Below, piece by piece: positions 57,273 through 64,000 of a stretch of 64,000 nucleotides of DNA (positions within the stretch are counted from its first letter, which is position 1; each line of letters starts with the position of its first letter). Source of the DNA: Rickettsiales bacterium. GTDB taxonomy: Bacteria > Pseudomonadota > Alphaproteobacteria > Rickettsiales > UBA1997. The stretch is from assembly GCA_947442475.1 (NCBI GenBank), contig CANEVP010000005.1:4308-68307 (forward strand). The letters run 5' to 3'. A program made the position numbers and the translations under genes. Below the pieces are notes generated by a model. It had not been told where the DNA came from. It saw nothing but the letters and a program-made list of their open reading frames with translations, and did no database searches.

Positions 57273-60200
57273 TTAGCGGATGAAAATTGGTTGAAGCATT
57301 TGTGATTTTGCCTGATTAGAGAAAGATTCTTGCGAATTTTGTTCTTGCGAATTTTGAGCTGCTTTTGCCTGATCTAAAAGCGATGATTTAACCACCTCTT
57401 CTTCCTTAGGCGCCGCGGGTTTAGTCAAGCCAAGATATTGCTTCACCTGATCTAAATTTGTGGTTTGCGAAAGCCCATCAAAAGAGCCATTAATGTTAGT
57501 TGCAATGTTGATTGGCGTTTGTTTTGCGCGCGTTCCAGTTAAGAAAATTACATTGAACAAACTATTCACCGTGTTTTTAGACAAGTTAACTGTGCCCGTC
57601 AAAACCCCGTTAATTGCGGTGCCAGAGATGTTGGCACTAATTTTTCCATCAGTTGCACCGTTAATTTTGATCGAACCGATTGCTTGCTTGAAAGCAGTAG
57701 AGCTTTCGGGATTTAACAAAACTTTCTCCGGCTCAAGCAAATCTTGCGCATTGGTTTTTGGCGCAAACATTTTTTTAACCAAGTCATCCAAACCGTATCC
57801 CTCAACTGTGGGCGCAACAGAGCCAAATTTTATTTCGCTAATTAGAGATTGTGCAAACTCCTCTTTCTTAGTTGCACTTGCCGTAACGTTAGCAGAAATA
57901 TTAGCAATTCCCGAAACATTGTTGATGCCCAAAATGTCAGGTAAAAATTCTTTCAAAGCCACATTTTTAAAAGTGATATTACCATTGATCACCTTGCTTA
58001 AACCAATGCCGATCAGACCTTTGTAATTAAATTTTCCGCCATACGTCTCGCTGCTAAATTCTGCATTTTTAATGCTTCCTGCTGACAATCTGCCCGCCAG
58101 TTTGAAATTTTTTAACTCGACATTGTCCAATTTTAAATTGGCAAAATTCAAACCAATCTGTCCGTTAAATCCTTCAAGTGAAGGCATGGCAAAAAACTGA
58201 TCGAAGAAATTTTGTTTCTTTGATTTTTTATCATCAATTTTATCGGGATTTTGCACCGTTTCGTAATGAAATTTTTCCGCCGCCACGTTGATCATGAAGC
58301 GCGGAGATTTGTCGCTAATATCCACCAACATGTCAGCGGTTAAGTCGGTGATTTCTGATTTTAATTTTAGATTTTCAATTTGAATGTAACCGCGGCCAAA
58401 GCTTATTTTCATAGATTGGTCAGCAAATTCTTCGCCGCCGTAAATCAACTTGTCGAAGCCCAAATCAAACTGAGCATTTGCAGAAATATCATTGAGCCAC
58501 AGTAATTTTCTAATCAACATTCCGGGTGAAAAATAGAGATTGTGATTCGAGGTTAAAAAATAGTCGTCAATGTTGAATCTATTGCTGCTAAAACGACTTT
58601 TAAGATTTGTTACTTTGTCGGTATTATCGATTGTGATCTCGCCCAAAAACTCGCTATTATCCGTATTTAAATTCAGATAAAAATTGCTGAGTTTGGCAAT
58701 GTTGGGAACCAAGAAAATGTCCGAGTAAATGTTGTATTCTTTGAGATTGTCGAATTTCAAATTTTGCGATTCGATTTTCAGCCACGTAAAAATATCTTTT
58801 AAGCTCTTGCCGCTAACATCAAATTTACCAATAAATTTCGGCGCATTGCCACTATTATCAACCACGCCACTAACTCTAAATAAGCCATCTCCAGGAATTC
58901 TAAAAGTCAGCGGCGAAATCATAACCTCACCTTCGTGAGAAATTGTGGCATAAAGACTGGCATCCTTAATTTCGCCTTCGAAATATTTTATATTATTGAT
59001 TTGTATTTCAGCGGTGAGATCGAAATCTTTGATTTTTTTGACTAAACTTAGATCAATTTTCTTCGCAGCTTCTTCAGCTTTTTTTTCTTCTTCGGTTTTA
59101 ATGATTGTTGATTTTGTCTGTTCGCCACTTTCAGGAAGAGGCGGCAAAGTTTCAACCGTATCATCCAAAGATTCTGCCGCACTTGGTTTCTCGCCAATGT
59201 CAGCCGCAGCAACAGCCACTGAGTCTGGCGACAAAATATTATCCAGATCAAGATTTTCCAAAGCCAAGCTCACATCAATATTTGGCATTTCGTCAGTAAA
59301 ACTTAGATCAATTTCACCTTTGCCATTAACCAAACTGGAATTGATTAACAAATTTGCCACAGCAATTTCTTTTGCCTTACTTGCAACATCCGCACTGATT
59401 TTAATTGGCGTGCCGTTTAATTTAAATTTTTCCGAAAGCACACTTTCGCCACCAATGTAGCTTTTGTAAAAAGTTTTGAATTCAGCAATTTCCACTTCCA
59501 GCTTGCCGTTAAAATCGCTGGCAAAAACTCCTAAATTGTCTGAGGTAAAATTTCCTTTCACGCTAATTTGCAGAGCCTGAGAACTCAACTCCAAGAAGGA
59601 GTCTGGCTTTTTATTTTGTGAATTAAATTTGGCGTTAATTTTAAAATTACTGAGAATTTTTTCTGAGATAAAATTTCCCTCCGCAAACATTTTTTTTGCA
59701 CCAACTTGCATCTCGGCATTGATTGTCTTCACTTCTTTTTTCTTATCAAAAGCATCGTAAGAAATCAGTGCACTATTTTTTATTACAATACGCGGAGTGT
59801 TTCTGGGATTAACTTGCGAACTCTCCACATCAGCAACCGAAAATAATTTTGCGCTAATTTGCGAGCTATTTTTTTTGGTCTCAGTTGCGGCATTTTTTAA
59901 CAACTCTCCAGACAGCGTTGTAAAAGCATCGTCACGCACCAGGAACTGCCCTCTATCTTGATAAGATTGCAGCACCGCTTTGGTAAAAATTATTTTTCTA
60001 ATTGCCGAATCTTTTGCAAATTTAAAAACAGTTAATTTGATTTGAGCCTTTCTAGCGTAAAGATTGTAGACTTTTTCAGGAGCATTTTCTTCCGATTTAA
60101 TCCGGTAATTTTGCAGCAAAACATCATGCATCGTGATGGTTGGAGTGGGCAAAAAAGAAACTTTTACATCACCTAAAATAGCAAAATTAGCGCCAGAAAT

Positions 60201-60386
60201 TTGGCTAACTTTTTGCGAAATTTGAAATTTTAACGCTGCGTTATTGAAGAGAAATGGTACCAAACCCAAAAGCAAAAATAACCCAAAAAACACCGCAGCG
60301 CCGATACGCATAGCCTCTGACTTGAAGATGCGATTTTTGATTTTTTCAATAAATTGCGCTGTGGGAGTTTTTTCAGTTTCGCTCAT
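57273..60386 (-). CDS. AsmA-family large envelope protein
   Basis: 1037 aa. A single N-terminal TM (AAVFFGLFLLLGLVPFLF), then long beta-rich, low-Cys sequence typical of AsmA/TamB-like proteins. Family call is by architecture only. Confidence 0.45.
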   Translation of the reverse strand: MSETEKTPTAQFIEKIKNRIFKSEAMRIGAAVFFGLFLLLGLVPFLFNNAALKFQISQKVSQISGANFAILGDVKVSFLPTPTITMHDVLLQNYRIKSEENAPEKVYNLYARKAQIKLTVFKFAKDSAIRKIIFTKAVLQSYQDRGQFLVRDDAFTTLSGELLKNAATETKKNSSQISAKLFSVADVESSQVNPRNTPRIVIKNSALISYDAFDKKKEVKTINAEMQVGAKKMFAEGNFISEKILSNFKINAKFNSQNKKPDSFLELSSQALQISVKGNFTSDNLGVFASDFNGKLEVEIAEFKTFYKSYIGGESVLSEKFKLNGTPIKISADVASKAKEIAVANLLINSSLVNGKGEIDLSFTDEMPNIDVSLALENLDLDNILSPDSVAVAAADIGEKPSAAESLDDTVETLPPLPESGEQTKSTIIKTEEEKKAEEAAKKIDLSLVKKIKDFDLTAEIQINNIKYFEGEIKDASLYATISHEGEVMISPLTFRIPGDGLFRVSGVVDNSGNAPKFIGKFDVSGKSLKDIFTWLKIESQNLKFDNLKEYNIYSDIFLVPNIAKLSNFYLNLNTDNSEFLGEITIDNTDKVTNLKSRFSSNRFNIDDYFLTSNHNLYFSPGMLIRKLLWLNDISANAQFDLGFDKLIYGGEEFADQSMKISFGRGYIQIENLKLKSEITDLTADMLVDISDKSPRFMINVAAEKFHYETVQNPDKIDDKKSKKQNFFDQFFAMPSLEGFNGQIGLNFANLKLDNVELKNFKLAGRLSAGSIKNAEFSSETYGGKFNYKGLIGIGLSKVINGNITFKNVALKEFLPDILGINNVSGIANISANVTASATKKEEFAQSLISEIKFGSVAPTVEGYGLDDLVKKMFAPKTNAQDLLEPEKVLLNPESSTAFKQAIGSIKINGATDGKISANISGTAINGVLTGTVNLSKNTVNSLFNVIFLTGTRAKQTPINIATNINGSFDGLSQTTNLDQVKQYLGLTKPAAPKEEEVVKSSLLDQAKAAQNSQEQNSQESFSNQAKSQMLQPIFIR

Positions 60387-60884
60387 TTAAGAATCGATAT
60401 TTTCTAGTTCGAAAACCAAATTTTTATTAGTGATTAAACCACCATTACTTTCGAAAGAATTGTAGAGAGAAAGCAGCACCAAAAATAATAAAATTGAGAT
60501 CAGTAGAAAATTAAAAAAACTATCTTTGCTTGGCGTAACAGCTGGATTCTCGCCAATATTAATGAGCAGGTGATTTTTATTGTCGGTGTTAGATTTAACC
60601 GACAAAAGTTTGATTTTTTCTTCGATTATTTTCGCGTCAATTTTCAGAAATTTTGCGTAAGAGCGAATCAATCCCAAAACGTAAATATGTTTGGTGACGC
60701 CTTCCAAATCGTCATTTTCAATCGCCTCGATATCGGCAGCTTTCACTTTTAAATAGGCGCAGATTTCGGCAGTTTCGATTTTTAAATCCTGCTTTTTTTC
60801 TCTTAAAATTTGACCAATAGATTGTGCTTCAACCAAGATTGGCGGAACTTCTGCAATTTGTTGATTTTTTTCTGGCTCGGTCAT
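60387..60884 (-). CDS. rodZ: RodZ-like HTH (XRE-type) membrane protein
   Basis: 165 aa. N-terminal HTH (IGQILREKKQDLKIETAEICAYLKVKAADIEAIEND) followed by one TM, the truncated RodZ architecture. Confidence 0.55.
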   Translation of the reverse strand: MTEPEKNQQIAEVPPILVEAQSIGQILREKKQDLKIETAEICAYLKVKAADIEAIENDDLEGVTKHIYVLGLIRSYAKFLKIDAKIIEEKIKLLSVKSNTDNKNHLLINIGENPAVTPSKDSFFNFLLISILLFLVLLSLYNSFESNGGLITNKNLVFELENIDS

Positions 60885-62038
60885 TTTGCTAATTCTGCGA
60901 GATTTTTTGTTGCATCTAAAACCGCCAAATCAGCGGCATTTTCCGACATTTTCTTTAGAGTGCTTGGACTATCAATTAGATTCTTCAGCAGCTCGTTGAT
61001 TTTGTTAATCGTGAATTCACTTTCGGTAACCACAATCGCCGCGCCGTTTTTTTCTAAATAACGCGCATTTTTTTCTTGGTGATTGTCTGTAGCAACAGCA
61101 AATGGCACTAAAATCATCGGCTTTTTTGCCGCACAAAATTCAAAAATCGAAGATGATCCCGAGCGAGCAATAACAAGGTGTGAGGCTTCAATTAATTCTG
61201 CCATATTTTCAAAAAATGCATCGATGATGATGTTGACATTAAACGAGCGGTAACTGTCGAAAGTTTCTTTCATCAACTCTCTACGACATTGCTGAGTTAC
61301 TTGAATATGCTCTTTGAAACTTTCGCTCAAATTGAAAAAAGCTTTGGGCAAAATTTCGCTAAAAATTCTCGCGCCACCCGAACCACCAATGACTAAAATT
61401 TTGAAAAGATTTTTTGGCTTTGGCTCTTCATAAAAATCAGACGCCAAAAGCAAATCGTAACCCATTTTATTGTCTTTGTTAATCTGAGCTTCTTCGTTGA
61501 CTGGCAAGACGTAAGGCAGTTTGTGCAAAGTCAAAATTTCATCACGCACCAGATTGCCGACAAAAAAACATTTGGGTAAATTTTCTTTCAAAATTCCGTC
61601 AGTTTGAGCAAAAGAAAGTGCAATTTTTTTGGCGTATTTGGCAAAAATTCGATTCACTTTTCCAAGATGCGCATTTTGCTCGTGAAGAATAATATCGGTT
61701 TTAGTGATAATTGCCGCGATCAATATTGGAAAGGTCGCGTGCCCCCCAAAAGCAAAAACGCATTTCGGGCGCATCGTCAAAAAAAGATGCAAAGATTGTA
61801 AAATTCCAAAACCAATTTTGAATACCGCTTTCACCAAAAAAATCGGCGATTTTTTAATTTGCGAAGAGCTGATTATTTTTGATTTAAATTTGTCTTCGGC
61901 CTTAATGTAGCTTTGATATTTGGCATCTGCCAAAACTAGAACTTCCGCACCATTTGCCGAGAAATACTCGGCCAAACAGCGCGCAGGAATAATGTGACCG
62001 CCAGTTCCGCCACTGGCGATGAAAATTTTTTGAGACAT
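60881..62038 (-). CDS. murG: UDP-GlcNAc:lipid I N-acetylglucosaminyltransferase
   Basis: 385 aa with IASGGTGGHIIPA, EQNAHLGKVNR, VIGGSGGA, ARSGSSSIFE and H(Q/E)xKNA motifs. Confidence 0.9.
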   Translation of the reverse strand: MSQKIFIASGGTGGHIIPARCLAEYFSANGAEVLVLADAKYQSYIKAEDKFKSKIISSSQIKKSPIFLVKAVFKIGFGILQSLHLFLTMRPKCVFAFGGHATFPILIAAIITKTDIILHEQNAHLGKVNRIFAKYAKKIALSFAQTDGILKENLPKCFFVGNLVRDEILTLHKLPYVLPVNEEAQINKDNKMGYDLLLASDFYEEPKPKNLFKILVIGGSGGARIFSEILPKAFFNLSESFKEHIQVTQQCRRELMKETFDSYRSFNVNIIIDAFFENMAELIEASHLVIARSGSSSIFEFCAAKKPMILVPFAVATDNHQEKNARYLEKNGAAIVVTESEFTINKINELLKNLIDSPSTLKKMSENAADLAVLDATKNLAELAK

Positions 62039-62137
62039 TTCAAGTTATTAAAATTAGTGATCTTGACAAATGGGAGTTGCTTCCTACCTTCGCCCGCTTT
62101 CCCGAAATTTTCAAAACATTTTTGGTCACAAGCTAAA

Positions 62138-63064
62138 ATGACAAAACACTTCATCGACTTAGATAAAATAGAAGCCAAGGAATTACTCAAAATTCTGGCG
62201 CTAGCTAAAAAACTAAAAAAAGAAAACAACCCCGCCAAACAAGCAAAATTGTTGCCGCACAAAAATCTCGCGATGATTTTTGAAAAAACTTCAACCCGCA
62301 CTCGCGTGTCATTTGAAGTGGGCATTAACCAACTTGGTGGTCACGCCGTTGTGATGAATAAAAGCGACATGCAACTGGGCAAAGGTGAGTCGGTTGAAGA
62401 CACTGCCAAAGTTTTGTCGCGCTTTGTTGATGCAATCATGATTCGCTCCAATTCACATCACACAATTTTAGAATTGGCCAAACATGCTTCAGTTCCTGTA
62501 ATTAATGCGCTTTCTGATTTTTCTCATCCTTGCCAAATTATCGCCAGCATCCTGACCATCGAAGAACATTTAGGCAAAATCGCCGGCAAAAAATTAGCTT
62601 GGTTTGGAGATGCCAACAATGTTTTAAATTCTTACATTCACGCTGCGAAAGCTTTTGGTTTTGAGCTTGCGATTGCAACTCCCCAAGAATTTGATTTTTG
62701 CAATGCCGAAATCAAAAAAGCCAAAAAATTGGGCGCGAAAATTTCTTATTTTTCTGATGCTAAAAAAGCCGCTAAAGATGCAGATGTGTTGATTTCAGAC
62801 ACTTGGTTTTCAATGGGAGATGAGACTGAAAAAGATGACGCTGCAAGACAGAAAAAAATTAATCTTTTGATGCCATTTCAGGTGAATTCAAGCTTGATGA
62901 AACTAGCAAAAAAATCAGCGATTTTCACGCATTGCTTGCCAGCTTATCGTGGGTTTGAAGTTACGACTGAGGTAATTGATTCAAAAAAATCGGTAATTTT
63001 CGATGAGGCTGAAAATCGTTTGCATGCGCAGAAGGCGATTTTGGTTTGGGCTTTAAAAGAATAG
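62138..63064 (+). CDS. argF: Ornithine carbamoyltransferase
   Basis: Start at the internal ATG (MTKHFIDLDK…). Carbamoyl-phosphate site STRTRVSFE, HPCQ, DxWxSMG (DTWFSMG) and HCLPA, which indicates OTCase rather than ATCase. Confidence 0.85.
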   Translation: MTKHFIDLDKIEAKELLKILALAKKLKKENNPAKQAKLLPHKNLAMIFEKTSTRTRVSFEVGINQLGGHAVVMNKSDMQLGKGESVEDTAKVLSRFVDAIMIRSNSHHTILELAKHASVPVINALSDFSHPCQIIASILTIEEHLGKIAGKKLAWFGDANNVLNSYIHAAKAFGFELAIATPQEFDFCNAEIKKAKKLGAKISYFSDAKKAAKDADVLISDTWFSMGDETEKDDAARQKKINLLMPFQVNSSLMKLAKKSAIFTHCLPAYRGFEVTTEVIDSKKSVIFDEAENRLHAQKAILVWALKE

Positions 63065-63067
63065 TTT

Positions 63068-63162
63068 ATAGGTCCCTTGAGCAAAGCGTAGCGTCGTCGA
63101 AGGGCCTGAAACTGAGGTGTTCCGGCCCTTCGACGACGCTACGCTTTGCTCAAGGGACCTAT
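63068..63162. repeat. 95-bp perfect palindromic element, copy 2 (REP/RPE-like), inverted relative to copy 1
   Basis: 39-nt arms (63068-63106 / 63124-63162) are exact reverse complements. The loop tgaaactgaggtgttcc is the reverse complement of the copy-1 loop with one extra base. Starts 4 nt after the argF stop, between convergent genes. Confidence 0.9.
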
Positions 63163-63168
63163 TTAGTT

Positions 63169-63978
63169 TTAACCACGCCACTCCCCTAAAAACTCCGCAA
63201 AGTGCGGTTTTTCTTTCGAGTTATTTTCTAAAAACTCCGCCAAGTTTTCTTTGCATTTAGCAAAAGACTCTTTGGTGATCGTGCCGTTGTGATGCTGGTA
63301 AACCAAGTAAAGTAGGTAAGTATTTAACACATCCGTTTCGCAGTAATTTCTAATTTCTTGCAAACGTCCTTGATCAAAAAAATCTGTCACCATCGAGCCA
63401 TCAATTCCTATTTTTCCAGGCAGCCCAAAAGCAGCGCAAAGTTCATTCATTTTCACTTTTGCTGAGGCGCCAAAATCAGAAAAAGCTTCTGCCAAATCGC
63501 AGTGCCAGTCAAGGCTGTAGCGCTGGCTGTAGTTGTTCCATTTGTCGCCAGTTTTGTAAAGCCAAGCTGCTTCAACTTCATGTTTCATTGCGGCGTATTT
63601 TAGCACCGGCATGTCAAAATTTTTGCCGTTAAAACTAACCAAACGCGACAGGTTTTTTTTCAGATGCGAGAAAAATCCTTTAACCAAATCAGCTTCGGTT
63701 GCAGCTAAATCGCCGCCCGAGCGAATATTGATTATTTTGTAAAATTCGCAGCCGCTAAAATCGCGCACGATTTCTGCTTCCAAAAAACTAATCGTAATTA
63801 CTTGGTGAAAAGGTTGACGCAAAAAAGAATTTTTGCCGTCGGTTAAATCTAAATGATATTTTGTTAAAGCCTGACGAAGCTCTGGGGCTGAACCATCTGC
63901 AATATTTAGCAAATTTTTTGCCGCAGTTAAATCAGGAATTGTTTCAATGTCGAAAACGAAGAGATTTTGATGTTGCAT
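63169..63978 (-). CDS. 3'-5' exonuclease related to the PolB exonuclease domain (DEDD, COG3298-like)
   Basis: 269 aa beginning MQHQNLFVFDIETIPD (ExoI DxE), with FNGKNFDMPVL and a later YCETDV motif. The family is common in Rickettsiales-like genomes. Confidence 0.6.
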   Translation of the reverse strand: MQHQNLFVFDIETIPDLTAAKNLLNIADGSAPELRQALTKYHLDLTDGKNSFLRQPFHQVITISFLEAEIVRDFSGCEFYKIINIRSGGDLAATEADLVKGFFSHLKKNLSRLVSFNGKNFDMPVLKYAAMKHEVEAAWLYKTGDKWNNYSQRYSLDWHCDLAEAFSDFGASAKVKMNELCAAFGLPGKIGIDGSMVTDFFDQGRLQEIRNYCETDVLNTYLLYLVYQHHNGTITKESFAKCKENLAEFLENNSKEKPHFAEFLGEWRG

Positions 63979-64000
63979 TTGAGGTGGGGTTTGTTTGGAA

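Overview
Dense, mostly minus-strand housekeeping window from an AT-rich (GC judged by eye, not computed) alphaproteobacterial genome. It looks Rickettsiales/Holosporales-like: heterodimeric PDH E1, small Psd, scattered virB genes, TlyC, a PolB-like exonuclease. From the translations I recognise about 60 protein genes, including pccB, psd, tig, rpmA/rplU, metC, murB, trmB, rpiB, rpsI/rplM, ybeY, hemH, pdhAB, dnaG-rpoD, tgt, eno, queA, ubiE, ssb, nuoG, rpsP, rdgB, dnaJ, rlmN, rph, typA, panB, murG and argF. There are two tRNAs, Leu-TAG and Thr-GGT, both found by hand-folding. The most interesting content is accessory. (1) At 30.0-36.5 kb sits a locus of three proteins sharing a non-canonical type IV prepilin-like N-terminus, (R/K)(S/T)A|FS(L/F). 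One is a LamG/lectin-module pilin translationally coupled to dsbA and mlaF. One is a 53-aa mini-pilin-like ORF missing from the ORF track. One is a giant pilin of about 750 aa carrying six 57-aa (171-bp) four-cysteine tandem repeats. No pilus assembly genes lie in the window. (2) A split rvh-like type IV secretion set: an orphan virB2-like pilin at 8.3 kb, and virB4 plus a single 1039-aa virB6-like gene at 39.9-45.4 kb, with no virB3. This module abuts tRNA-Thr and a frameshifted L-asparaginase pseudogene. (3) RpoD carries a histone-H1-like lysine-rich N-terminal extension of about 145 aa. (4) Two copies of a 95-100 bp perfect palindromic element differ only by mirrored indels and a flipped loop. 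(5) Two head-to-head gene pairs have essentially no intergenic DNA: ccmG/tgt and queA/ubiE. (6) A DUF1016-N/SNase fusion nuclease follows a 28-bp perfect palindrome. All functional calls rest on motif recognition in the supplied translations; no database search was run.
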